Shown: positions 55,611 to 64,000 of the stretch, piece by piece
Numbering within the stretch: position 1 is the stretch's first letter
Layout of the letters: every line of letters starts with the position of its first letter
From: Candidatus Woesearchaeota archaeon
Lineage (GTDB): Archaea; Nanobdellota; Nanobdellia; Woesearchaeales; GW2011-AR9
Reading direction: 5' to 3'
Length of the DNA: 64,000 nucleotides
Assembly: GCA_018302605.1 (NCBI GenBank)
Contig: JAGVZN010000025.1
Coordinates: forward strand, 2,693-66,692
The notes under the pieces: generated by a model
Database searches by the model: none
The model's input: only the letters and a program-made list of their open reading frames with translations
Told to the model about the DNA's origin: nothing
Position numbers and translations under genes: made by a program

Positions 55611-56552
55611 ATGCTTCCGCCAATTTCAGCCCATCTCCATGATCTTATCCAAAATTTCTCGGAAAAGGATACATTTTTGCTCGATGATACCACAGTTGCT
55701 TTTGATCAGCAACGCTATCAACGAATCTTTGATCTTCCAGAAACCCGAACCATTGCTTTCGTTGACGGCGGTCAGGCAGAAATCGTCCGCGCCGGTAATT
55801 TTACCGTTTCGTTCATTAGAATTCATGCTCAGATCTTTGCCGACCTGAAAAAGAAAGATTTTCAGCACCATGAATTTTTTGTGGTTACGACCGCGAACTG
55901 GCATCACGATAAGATCTGGTATAAAAGTGTTATTTTTACAGAAAAAGAAAAATTATTCCCCGAAGAACAGCTCTTTGTCGATTCAGCTGATCCGTTATTA
56001 CGGCGAGGAGCCGAGCGGGCAGGTACCGATTTGATCATGTCGATGGCGCGGCGGTTTGCCGAACTGGCAGTGGCGAAAAAGATCAACGCCGATTTTGTCG
56101 TTTTAGATGGAACGCTGGAAGCAACATTCCCTGGCGAGGAGAAAGTGCTTGCAGAACTGCCCAGTACTGTTTGCGCCATCGCCAAGTCATCTTCGCTTCT
56201 TACCCAAAAAGGCAATAGCCCGGCAGTCCTTTTGCAGAAGTACGGCCTAACTCAACCCTGGTTTTATCCGCTGAATGAACGAACGGCGTTTGTGAAATTG
56301 CATGCCAACGCGAAGCATGTCTTCCGCTTCGCCGGAAATCGAGAAGTCTTACCCTATTTATTACCTCATGCCGCTGATGCGCTCTTCCTGGGATATCCTT
56401 ATGGCTTAGTCTTTGCAGATAAAATGGCCCGGGTGAGTAATCAGGAACAGAAAGCTCTTAGTGCCAGAATTCTGCTCAGTTCTGAAAATAAAGATATTCT
56501 TGAATATCTTACGACACAGGACGCTCATGCCATTCTCGATTCGTTAGGATAG
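55611..56552 (+). CDS. NurA-like nuclease domain protein (tentative)
   Basis: The IAFVDGGQ, VVLDGTLEA and GYPYGLVFADKMARVS patterns resemble NurA catalytic segments. Confidence 0.5.
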   Translation: MLPPISAHLHDLIQNFSEKDTFLLDDTTVAFDQQRYQRIFDLPETRTIAFVDGGQAEIVRAGNFTVSFIRIHAQIFADLKKKDFQHHEFFVVTTANWHHDKIWYKSVIFTEKEKLFPEEQLFVDSADPLLRRGAERAGTDLIMSMARRFAELAVAKKINADFVVLDGTLEATFPGEEKVLAELPSTVCAIAKSSSLLTQKGNSPAVLLQKYGLTQPWFYPLNERTAFVKLHANAKHVFRFAGNREVLPYLLPHAADALFLGYPYGLVFADKMARVSNQEQKALSARILLSSENKDILEYLTTQDAHAILDSLG

Positions 56553-56804
56553 GCGATAGCCGGGTTTAATTTGGGTAGAAGAAGGTTCATAGCTTTCTGT
56601 TGTTATTTGCGTCCGTTCAATGATCCTTTGATCTAACAACGAGACAAGAGCACGTTCATAGTCTTGCATTTCTACTGGATTTTCAGTGCTTCCGATTCTG
56701 CCCACGACGGTGTTAAGCAGTTTTTCCTGAGAAAGTTTCTGTTGTGGAGCATTAACTAACAGATTGACGATAGCTTCTTCCAGAGAACTAACCGTGACCA
56801 TCAC
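56544..56804 (-). CDS. small hypothetical protein, possibly winged-helix (86 aa)
   Basis: ORF only. Confidence 0.4.
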   Translation of the reverse strand: MMVTVSSLEEAIVNLLVNAPQQKLSQEKLLNTVVGRIGSTENPVEMQDYERALVSLLDQRIIERTQITTESYEPSSTQIKPGYRLS

Positions 56805-56871
56805 CTTTCGACAGCGGTGACTTTAAAAATCTTTATGGAAGATAGTTCGGGATGGTTGGTTAAGAGGTGTT

Positions 56872-57282
56872 ATGTGCAATATTACTCCGGGCGCTACATT
56901 TATATTTTCTCTCGCGTTCATTATGCTTATGAATTTGTCAAATATTAAAAAAATGGCTTCTCAAGCGAGAGCGGACTTTGAAGCTCGAAGAATTGATGAA
57001 GCTGAATTGAAACAGTTATATCAACAATATAATCCTCTTGAGGATATTTATTCTTTTATGAAAAGTGCAAGAGAAATGTTTCCAAATTTAAATTGTGGAT
57101 TAGCAACGGTCTATTTGCAGAGATTACTTCTAGATGGAAAAATTATAAACGGAAAATATAAAGATAATAATCACACATTTCTCTTGCTTGAGGAATCAGT
57201 TGTTGTTGATATAACATCTGACCAATATGGTGGTCCTAGCGTTTATGTCGGTTCGCTTCAAAGTCCTTGGTCATTAGAGTAG
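56872..57282 (+). CDS. hypothetical protein (up to 136 aa), AT-rich
   Basis: ORF only. The start is uncertain. Confidence 0.4.
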   Translation: MCNITPGATFIFSLAFIMLMNLSNIKKMASQARADFEARRIDEAELKQLYQQYNPLEDIYSFMKSAREMFPNLNCGLATVYLQRLLLDGKIINGKYKDNNHTFLLLEESVVVDITSDQYGGPSVYVGSLQSPWSLE

Positions 57283-57337
57283 CGCTCCTGCGTCATACCG
57301 TCGGTCGCTACGCTCCCTCGTTCGTCTTGCAGGCTCA

Positions 57338-58381
57338 TCACATAACAGCGATCGCGATGTTAGCCGCCCTTTCCGCTTCCGCCCGAACCCGCCGATACTC
57401 GTTGAGGAACTGCTGGGCAATCTCCTCACTGTCAATGATGAGGACATTTTCGTCATTCCTTTCATTGCCATTATTTGTCGGATTCATCGAGCCGGTGATC
57501 ACCGTCCGGTCATCGATGATAAAGACTTTATGATGCATCGTCTGAGGGTTGCCATCTTTTAATGTGCTGATGCCATTCTGATTGAAGCGTTGAAACGGGC
57601 TGTCTTTTGTTGCCTGGCGTCGTTCTATAACACCTTCCACGCTAACGCCATCGAGATTCTTCAGCAGGAGAATATTGGCAATTTTTTCGTGCGTGAACGA
57701 AAAAGTCATGAAATAGATCGATCGCTTCGCCTTCTCCAGCTCTCTGCTAATCTGCTGAGCGCAATTGTCTTCTGGACAAAAATAATTCTGGATGGTCGTG
57801 TTTTCGGCAAAGATGATCTGGTTTTTAACTTCACGGCCTTTTTTGAATGTGCCGTTCCATAATTCAGCAAACTCGTCTTCGTAGTTCCCAACGAGAGTCG
57901 GCAGATCAGTGATCAGGAGGTTATTATTATTCTTCTGTACGCCGTTTTCGGTCGGATTAGTCGAACCGGTAAATAACCATTGCTGGTCAATGATGCAGAA
58001 TTTGTTGTGCATCTCTCCAAATGCATCAGGCTTGACGAAGATTTTGTTAAACTTCTGCAAATAGTTATTATCCGTGACCAGACGGACATCAATGGATTTT
58101 GCTTTCTCGATAAGAAGCTGCTGCAGGCTGGTGAGTCCGATGTCATAGAGAGCACAGTGGATGGATTGTTCTGCCTGTCCCAGCAGGCGCAGGATGTGTC
58201 CTTCACAATCATCTCTGGGACACAAAAAAACACGTAGAGAGCCACTATCCTCTATCCCACTTTGTAAGGAGACTGATTTCTGTTCGATGGTTATCTGTTC
58301 AATTGGGTAAGCCTGTCCAAAAACAAGAGCAAGACTGAGAAAAGCCAGGCACAGTGAGAGGATTATTTTGCGATGCATCAC
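57338..58381 (-). CDS. secreted phospholipase D / Nuc-like protein with two HKD motifs
   Basis: HNKFCIIDQQWLFTGSTN and HHKVFIIDDRTVITGSMN. N-terminal signal peptide. Confidence 0.8.
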   Translation of the reverse strand: MMHRKIILSLCLAFLSLALVFGQAYPIEQITIEQKSVSLQSGIEDSGSLRVFLCPRDDCEGHILRLLGQAEQSIHCALYDIGLTSLQQLLIEKAKSIDVRLVTDNNYLQKFNKIFVKPDAFGEMHNKFCIIDQQWLFTGSTNPTENGVQKNNNNLLITDLPTLVGNYEDEFAELWNGTFKKGREVKNQIIFAENTTIQNYFCPEDNCAQQISRELEKAKRSIYFMTFSFTHEKIANILLLKNLDGVSVEGVIERRQATKDSPFQRFNQNGISTLKDGNPQTMHHKVFIIDDRTVITGSMNPTNNGNERNDENVLIIDSEEIAQQFLNEYRRVRAEAERAANIAIAVM

Positions 58382-58504
58382 CGCCCCTGATTTTTCATTA
58401 TTCTTAAAGAGATGTGTACTTAATTAAAGAGATTGCAGGATGATTAATAGGGTAATCGGAGGACAACCGCAAGCCTTTTAAACTAGCGTTCACTAAAATA
58501 AGTT

Positions 58505-58681
58505 ATGACTCACGGAATAACCCCTCACGATTCACCAGCAACAGCCGAATCCCCTTATGGGGAACTGAAAAAAGAAAAGCTTTCCCAGAAGAAAAAGAAT
58601 CCGCTGGACAAGATGCTTGAAGAACTAGAAACCTATGAAGAAGGCTGTGACGAAAAAGATCTCCTGTCCTCCGGTGAATAG
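58505..58681 (+). CDS. hypothetical small protein (58 aa), low confidence
   Basis: ATG-initiated ORF found by hand. It overlaps ORF 58635-58829 in another frame. Confidence 0.3.
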   Translation: MTHGITPHDSPATAESPYGELKKEKLSQKKKNPLDKMLEELETYEEGCDEKDLLSSGE

Positions 58682-58829
58682 GATGGGTCTTGATGATTCT
58701 CTGGATATCGAACTCGTTTCCAACAAAACATATAAGATCAGCTGCTGTCGTTCTTATCTGACGCCGAAAGGCAGATGCTATACCTGTCCGGAGGAGGATC
58801 TGGAGCGGGATCCGGATGAGGAAGAGTAG
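58635..58829 (+). CDS. hypothetical Cys-containing small protein (64 aa), low confidence
   Basis: Track ORF with CC...C..C residues. Its stop codon lies within the flanking repeat of element F. Confidence 0.35.
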   Translation: MKKAVTKKISCPPVNRMGLDDSLDIELVSNKTYKISCCRSYLTPKGRCYTCPEEDLERDPDEEE

Positions 58830-58832
58830 CGG

Positions 58833-58994
58833 CTAATATGAAACCCTCTCGCGTTGCTCGGTTACTGCCAGCTCCGCACTTGCTGTAGAACACAATCAGC
58901 GACGTTCCCCGTAGGGGGCAACCCCCTTGTCGCTTTGATATTTCTATCGAGAGTACTCCGCAAAGGGCAGTAACTTTAGGGTTTCATATTAGCC
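58833..58994. mobile_element. MITE-like hairpin element, family F (162 nt)
   Basis: 17-bp perfect terminal inverted repeat GGCTAATATGAAACCCT / AGGGTTTCATATTAGCC. The 10-bp direct repeat AAGAGTAGCG sits at 58823-58832 and 58995-59004. Confidence 0.75.
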
Positions 58995-59074
58995 AAGAGT
59001 AGCGTAATACATATAAACAACAACATACTCCCAAACGGTATGCTTACGCCAACAACGCAGTTCTGGTAGAAGCT

Positions 59075-59356
59075 TTGGTCAATCAGTACGAAAGTCCGGC
59101 GTTAGGAACTCAGGAAATAGCAGAAGGATCATCAAGAGGCCATATTGTGAAAAATGTGATTATACGCGGCGTCACCCGTGACCTGAGCACGTCTGGGCGT
59201 CAGTTTGTCGAAATTCATCAATGGAAAGATATTCCGTCAGGATTGGAAAAACTTCTTGACGATCTGCCGGAGCACGTAACAGAATTGCTAAGGAAAGAAT
59301 ATTCTGACCCCGGTGTTACTCCTTACACATTTGATTTCCTCCCCGGTGAGATTTGA
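59075..59356 (+). CDS. hypothetical protein (93 aa)
   Basis: ORF only. Confidence 0.4.
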   Translation: MVNQYESPALGTQEIAEGSSRGHIVKNVIIRGVTRDLSTSGRQFVEIHQWKDIPSGLEKLLDDLPEHVTELLRKEYSDPGVTPYTFDFLPGEI

Positions 59357-59440
59357 TATTTAATCTAATACTGCTCTTTAAGATAGGGTGATTATTTCTA
59401 ACCCGGAACTTTAATAAAGAAATCGGCTTCTTATCAATCC

Positions 59441-60199
59441 ATGAAACTGATCTCCTGGAATGTCAATGGCATCCGCGCCTGTCTGCGCAAAGACTGCCTC
59501 AATCCCGTCGTTGAAAAGGAGAAACCGGATATCCTCTGTCTCCAAGAAACGAAAGCGCATCCTGAGCAAGTTGACAAAATTCTCTCTGATTATGAGTACC
59601 AGTATTGGAATAGTGCGAAACGACCGGGGTATTCCGGAACGGCTATCTTTAGTAAAGTGAAACCCAAAAGTGTCGCCTATGGCCTGGGAAAAGAAGAACA
59701 CGATCAGGAAGGCCGCGTGATCACTCTGGAATTTGATCATTTTTTTCTGGTCAATGTTTATGTTCCCAATTCCGGACGCGGCCTGCCGCGTTTGAAATAT
59801 CGGGAAACCTGGGATCATGATTTTTTGAGCTACCTCCAAAATCTAGAGAAGCAGAAACCAGTGATCATCTGCGGTGATCTTAATGTTGCTCACACAGAAT
59901 TAGATCTGGCAAATCCCCAAGAGAATTATAACAAGACGGCGGGGTATACGCAGGTGGAAATAGATGGATTCAGCGGCCTGATCAAAGGGAAATTCATCGA
60001 TACGTTCCGTGAATTTGAAAAAAATGGGGGGTATTATTCATATTGGGGGCAGTGGAACAACCTGCGGGCGCGTAACATTGGCTGGCGGATCGATTACTTT
60101 CTTATCTCGGAACCATTACGCTCCCGGCTGAATCATTCTTTTATCTTGCCGCACTATCTCGGTTCAGATCATTGTCCGGTAGGGATTGAATTATTTTGA
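59441..60199 (+). CDS. xth: exodeoxyribonuclease III (Xth-type AP endonuclease)
   Basis: MKLISWNVNGIRA, LCLQETK, GDLNVAH and SDHCPV motifs. Confidence 0.9.
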   Translation: MKLISWNVNGIRACLRKDCLNPVVEKEKPDILCLQETKAHPEQVDKILSDYEYQYWNSAKRPGYSGTAIFSKVKPKSVAYGLGKEEHDQEGRVITLEFDHFFLVNVYVPNSGRGLPRLKYRETWDHDFLSYLQNLEKQKPVIICGDLNVAHTELDLANPQENYNKTAGYTQVEIDGFSGLIKGKFIDTFREFEKNGGYYSYWGQWNNLRARNIGWRIDYFLISEPLRSRLNHSFILPHYLGSDHCPVGIELF

Positions 60200-60258
60200 T
60201 ACTCTAAATCAGTAGTAAATAAACAAAACCTTTATAAAAACATCCTCCTCGTAAATCC

Positions 60259-60942
60259 ATGACTATGGACTGGGATTATTCATCGTGGATGGAAAGAAAG
60301 AGAAACATCTATCTATTTAGAGATACAGATCATACTTCAGCGAGAATACAACGTTCCCTACTGAGTGAAATAGAGCGGTTGGCTTGTAACGGTTCATTAT
60401 CTGTAATAGTGGTTGAGGGGATTATTGGTACGTTTCCAGTACAATTTGCACCTGGTCAGCTACCGAGAGATCTTGAAAACGCTTTAGAACGAGCAGCAGG
60501 AAATTCTCGTTGGGAGCAAATGAGACTGTTAGCTTACAGATGCCGACAACCGATTGCCTCTAGACAATTTTCGATCTCCGGTGCAGAAAATAGTTTTCTT
60601 CTCACGGAACATAGAAAAATTAGGAGCAGAATTCACGAGCTTGGCCGTAAATGGGTGGAAGAAGGCTTGACGGATACAGAGAAAATAGAATCATCATATC
60701 TGATGAATAGGGGAGAGCCTTTCTTCGTCAATAAACGAAGTAGATTTGCCGTTGATCTGATCTTTCGCATGGAACAACCTTCTTCTGGTCATATTGGTTT
60801 GCTCTATGGAGATGGTCACTACTCCGAGATTATTGATGGTCTTACCGAACAAGGCATAGGTTATTGTACTTTTTTTCCAGGAGAACCAGACGATCGTGTT
60901 GCGAAATTGAAAGAGATGAGGAAAAAGCTAAGCAATCCGTAG
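60259..60942 (+). CDS. hypothetical protein (227 aa)
   Basis: ORF only. Confidence 0.5.
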   Translation: MTMDWDYSSWMERKRNIYLFRDTDHTSARIQRSLLSEIERLACNGSLSVIVVEGIIGTFPVQFAPGQLPRDLENALERAAGNSRWEQMRLLAYRCRQPIASRQFSISGAENSFLLTEHRKIRSRIHELGRKWVEEGLTDTEKIESSYLMNRGEPFFVNKRSRFAVDLIFRMEQPSSGHIGLLYGDGHYSEIIDGLTEQGIGYCTFFPGEPDDRVAKLKEMRKKLSNP

Positions 60943-61530
60943 GAGTAGCAATTCCTTTTCCAACTCTTCTGCCCTTTCCCGATCCCATTTCCGGATCAGT
61001 CCCAGATATTTCTTTCCCAAAGCAATACTTCCCACGCAGTCCGAATTGCACGGAAAATGAGAAAGCAAAACTTGGTCTGCCGCCCTTTTCGTCAGATTGG
61101 TGAACATATTTGTCGGCTTCAGCTGGAGGTTAGGATTCTGCTCGCTAAAGCGTTTGCAGAAGAAATCAACACAGCAGCCCGGATATCCCAAGAGGAGTCC
61201 TAATTCTTTATCTTTCCCTGCCGCTTCAAAATGGCTTGCTTGCCAGGCTTTATACTGATCCAATGAAAGATAGACAAAGAACATCCCCGGTCGGAGATCG
61301 GTCACGGGGAGACGGATGCCTTTATTGGAATAATTACTCCCATCAGCGAGATGTACTTTAAATCCGGACTTAACCAAATAAATTTCATTTTCTTTGCAGA
61401 ACTGTTCGACCTGGGGCAGTTCATACTCATAAAATCCCTGGCGGACGACGGGCTTGAGGCCAGCAACAAGGAGAAGGATCTCCTGTGCTTTGGTCTTAGA
61501 ACCGAAGATGCGGGCGAGTTTGCTGATCAT
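60928..61530 (-). CDS. hypothetical protein with a GYPGCC motif (200 aa)
   Basis: The start is taken at ATG 61530 (MISKLARIF). The track ORF extends to 61839 through repeat-containing sequence. Confidence 0.5.
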   Translation of the reverse strand: MISKLARIFGSKTKAQEILLLVAGLKPVVRQGFYEYELPQVEQFCKENEIYLVKSGFKVHLADGSNYSNKGIRLPVTDLRPGMFFVYLSLDQYKAWQASHFEAAGKDKELGLLLGYPGCCVDFFCKRFSEQNPNLQLKPTNMFTNLTKRAADQVLLSHFPCNSDCVGSIALGKKYLGLIRKWDRERAEELEKELLLLRIA

Positions 61531-61594
61531 GGAAAAGAAGAGAAAAGAGAAGAAGATTATATTATTTTCTGAAATGGAGTAAATGCGTCTTTGT

Positions 61595-61618
61595 GTACGT
61601 ATTAAGTCTGTTCTTGGG
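61595..61618 (+). repeat. solo family B terminus (24 nt, 23/24 identical to 45082-45105)
   Basis: GTACGTATTAAGTCTGTTCTTGGG. No matching right end is nearby. Confidence 0.5.
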
Positions 61619-61639
61619 TGACCTGCGCTTTTGCGGTAA

Positions 61640-62254
61640 TTATATAAACTTGATTTTCTAGCATTACCTATCGCAAAAAGAAAAATAACTTCAAAAAAGA
61701 GGCGTGCACTCTCTCCGGGAGAGAAATATCCCAAGCTGCTTCTCCTGCTTTTTTCTATCATCCTTGCTACCTTCCTGATTATCGAAAGGGATGTTGCCCC
61801 CCTGCAACGGTTTATTTCTTCCTTCGGTCTCTTTGGCATATTCCTTGCCGGATTTCTCTACGCCTACAGTTTCACGGCCATCCCAGCAACGGCACTTCTT
61901 CTGCTTTTGGCTCCAGAGCAGAATATTTTGCTTGCCGGCCTGATTGCCGGAAGCGGGGCGATCATCGGTGATTTCATCTTCTTTAAGTTGATGCGCGGTT
62001 CTTTCTCGGAAGAACTCCATCGCCTTGCCCGGGAAAAAACGGTTGCGGCGTTAGGAAAACCTTTTCGTCGTTTCAAGAACCCCCTCCTTATCGCCCTTGC
62101 CGGCCTTGTCATCTCCTCACCCCTGCCGACAGAGATTGGCGTCGCCCTATTTTCTTCATTAAAAGAGATGACCACCAAACGGTTCTTAGTCATCGCTTAT
62201 ATCTTGCACACGGCCGGGATTTTTGTAATTTTGCTGATTGGGAAGGTGTTGTGA
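61640..62254 (+). CDS. membrane protein (DedA/VTT-like?), stop-to-stop open frame with an unresolved start codon
   Basis: The track starts at TTG 61907. However, the frame is open from 61640 and encodes an additional TM helix (LLLLLFSIILATFLII) with no ATG/GTG/TTG available. Confidence 0.45.
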   Translation, partial: LYKLDFLALPIAKRKITSKKRRALSPGEKYPKLLLLLFSIILATFLIIERDVAPLQRFISSFGLFGIFLAGFLYAYSFTAIPATALLLLLAPEQNILLAGLIAGSGAIIGDFIFFKLMRGSFSEELHRLAREKTVAALGKPFRRFKNPLLIALAGLVISSPLPTEIGVALFSSLKEMTTKRFLVIAYILHTAGIFVILLIGKVL

Positions 62255-62261
62255 ACGACAG

Positions 62262-62413
62262 GCTCTGTAGAAAAAGTCAGCCGCCTGGCCAAGAGGTTGC
62301 CTGAGAACTGCAATGAACTGAAGTTATTGGTGCTGCTCAGCCGTATCCCGAGTAGCAAGAGCAGCACGAAGGCAACGGCCAGGCTGACTTTTTCGAGATT
62401 TTCTACAGAGTCC
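62262..62413 (+). mobile_element. MITE-like hairpin element, divergent family A copy 4 (152 nt)
   Basis: Family A termini (GCTCTGTAGAAAAAGTCAGCC...GGCTGACTTTTTC..CTACAGAG) with a different core. The perfect 9-bp direct repeat GAACGACAG sits at 62253-62261 and 62414-62422. Confidence 0.75.
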
Positions 62414-62458
62414 GAACGACAGAAACTCTTTTAAACCCCCCCTCCCATTTTAGTTCAA

Positions 62459-62641
62459 ATGACCAATCTAGTCGTCCGTACGCAGGTAAAAGACCTCCTC
62501 AAAGATTCTGGAATGGGGGTAGAAAATATGTCCGGCGATTTTATGGATGTTCTCGATGAAAAAGTAAAAGAGATTGTTTTCACCGCCACCAAAAGAGCAA
62601 AAGAGAATGGCCGTAGAACGGTAATGGCCAAAGATCTTTAA
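62459..62641 (+). CDS. short histone-fold (DUF1931-like) protein, 60 aa
   Basis: The VKDLLKDSG..V..MSGDFMDVLDEKVKEIVFTATKRAKENGRRTVMAKDL pattern resembles archaeal histone-like singlets. ATG lies about 25 nt after CTTTTAAAC. Confidence 0.55.
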   Translation: MTNLVVRTQVKDLLKDSGMGVENMSGDFMDVLDEKVKEIVFTATKRAKENGRRTVMAKDL

Positions 62642-62647
62642 GGGCGT

Positions 62648-63355
62648 TTATCTATTTTTAGGTACGCTGGGTGTCGACAGATCTGAAGAAGGAGAGCTTT
62701 GAAAGAGAAGTGTATGTCTAACCGGCTGCTGTTCTTGCTTCTCTTCTTTTAATTGTTGGATCCTCTCTTCAACTTGAGCTATTCTCTGTTCGAGGAGTGG
62801 AATAATCCCTCCGTTAGTCCCATCTACTTTTTTCTTTTCCAGAAATTTTTTAAGAGATCCCAAGCGCAGCTCTAATTCTACCAGAGAAGAATGCCCATCT
62901 TTTACCGCTTGGCGCGGGAGAACGCGAGCGATCTCTCGGCTGAGTGCTACATCTTGTTTGATTTCCTGACGAGAAACTACTTCTGCCAACAGATGGCTTA
63001 AGCGATCCACTTTCCGCTGCAGATCTTTATCCTCGGCGGCAGCCAGACGCTTGTGCAGGAACTCATTCTGTTTCTTTAAAAGCGTAATCTTATCTGATTC
63101 CCGTTTCTCTTGCTTCTGCAAGGCGTGCTCCACATTCAGGACAGAATGCAGAAGTTCCTCTAAATGAAGAATCTCTTTCCTCAGGCTGAGGCGGGGCACT
63201 TTTTTTTGTGCAGAAAGATACTTGAGCTCTTCTATGCGCTGGCGAATCTTTTCTTTTGGAATCTGCCGCGTCGACTGGGCATATGCTTGTGCGGCGAGTA
63301 CGAGGCTGTGCCGCGCCCGAAAAAGATCAATATTCGTCAAATCTACTGACTTCAC
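62648..63355 (-). CDS. coiled-coil protein (235 aa)
   Basis: Heptad-rich and K/E/L/Q-rich. It overlaps the upstream gene by 4 nt. Confidence 0.55.
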   Translation of the reverse strand: MKSVDLTNIDLFRARHSLVLAAQAYAQSTRQIPKEKIRQRIEELKYLSAQKKVPRLSLRKEILHLEELLHSVLNVEHALQKQEKRESDKITLLKKQNEFLHKRLAAAEDKDLQRKVDRLSHLLAEVVSRQEIKQDVALSREIARVLPRQAVKDGHSSLVELELRLGSLKKFLEKKKVDGTNGGIIPLLEQRIAQVEERIQQLKEEKQEQQPVRHTLLFQSSPSSDLSTPSVPKNR

Positions 63356-63861
63356 GAGAAAACACCCATCCTCTTCTTTGATTCGGGCGGCGGCGGCGGG
63401 GGGAGATTTGTCTCAAAGCTCGGACTTGTCGGCATTGCTGGACGTGGCGCAAGCCGGCTTGGACCGCTTGGCGCTCCCATCGTATGCTGCACGGGGTAAG
63501 GTAGAGCACTCCGACTTGGAGAAACTCTTCCTCCACTTGGGCGAGCTGTCACATCACCGAGCCGGTCGGAGATGGCAATCATTCCTCGGGCAATTGTTTC
63601 GTTCTGGCTGACGACAGCATCGATTTTTTCGATAACCGTACGTAGATTCTTGCTTGGATCGTCTGTTTTCAGGCCATCTAATACTCTTTGAAAGATGCCC
63701 GTTAATTGATGAATGTTTTCTTTGAGGCTTTCCATTTCCAGAAACAGTTCATTCAGCCGCGTATCGGGCTGAGTTAATTTCTTCCTGAGGTCATCGATAT
63801 CTTGTTTAAGATTGTCTAATACCTGATGTGGAACATCAGAATCTGCTTTGTTCATGCGCAT
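63352..63861 (-). CDS. coiled-coil protein with a Pro-rich C-terminus (about 169 aa)
   Basis: ATG at 63861 lies downstream of CCTTTATATAT. The track start is 63954. Confidence 0.5.
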   Translation of the reverse strand: MRMNKADSDVPHQVLDNLKQDIDDLRKKLTQPDTRLNELFLEMESLKENIHQLTGIFQRVLDGLKTDDPSKNLRTVIEKIDAVVSQNETIARGMIAISDRLGDVTARPSGGRVSPSRSALPYPVQHTMGAPSGPSRLAPRPAMPTSPSFETNLPPPPPPESKKRMGVFS

Positions 63862-64000
63862 CACCCTTTCTTGATGGGTGAAGTGAAGAGAATGTGATAT
63901 ATAAAGGTTTCTTGGGCTGGGCACAATCCGAAAAGTGAGTGATGGTGACGCCAAATGGTCGCTGAAGGATAGCTATAATACTAGAAAATGCGAGATGGCT

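Overview
This window is a gene-dense archaeal chromosome segment. The evidence is aEF-1alpha with uS10, SecE with Spt5, RtcB, TrmB and Lrp regulators, a histone-fold protein, TTTAAA/TATA boxes about 25 nt upstream of mostly leaderless genes, and intron-rich tRNAs. A small-genome uncultured (DPANN-like) host is only my inference. I support about 75 protein genes. Housekeeping and repair genes include a DEAD-box helicase fragment, MutS, RtcB, UDG, ExoIII, a RecJ-like DHH protein, a NurA-like protein, type II glutamine synthetase, an ABC exporter, an M50 protease and a PhoU-like protein. Accessory genes include a MazF toxin-antitoxin pair, an interrupted AIPR abortive-infection gene, an AbrB-like gene coupled to a GHKL-ATPase/HExxH protein, and paired metallophosphoesterases with lipoprotein serine proteases and zinc-ribbon proteins. 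There is also a 745-aa Cys-rich surface protein. Three layers are not explained by the genes. (1) All four fully parsed tRNAs (Gly, Ala, Leu, Thr) carry 2-3 insertions, always including one at the same T-loop position; the fifth tRNA (28057-28167) lacks it, but a duplicated 3' fragment beside it has it. The T-loop insertions of Ala and Leu belong to one conserved family of about 90 nt. There are also duplicated tRNA pieces. (2) At least five sequence families of 150-176 nt rod-like hairpin elements have terminal inverted repeats and 8-10 bp direct-repeat flanks, so they look like MITEs. They sit at stop codons, next to TATA boxes, and once in frame inside the AIPR gene. (3) Mosaic arrays of intergenic hairpin modules are shared between loci and show compensatory stem changes. 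I saw no CRISPR array, rRNA gene or intact transposase. All protein calls rest on motif recognition by eye, and no searches were run.
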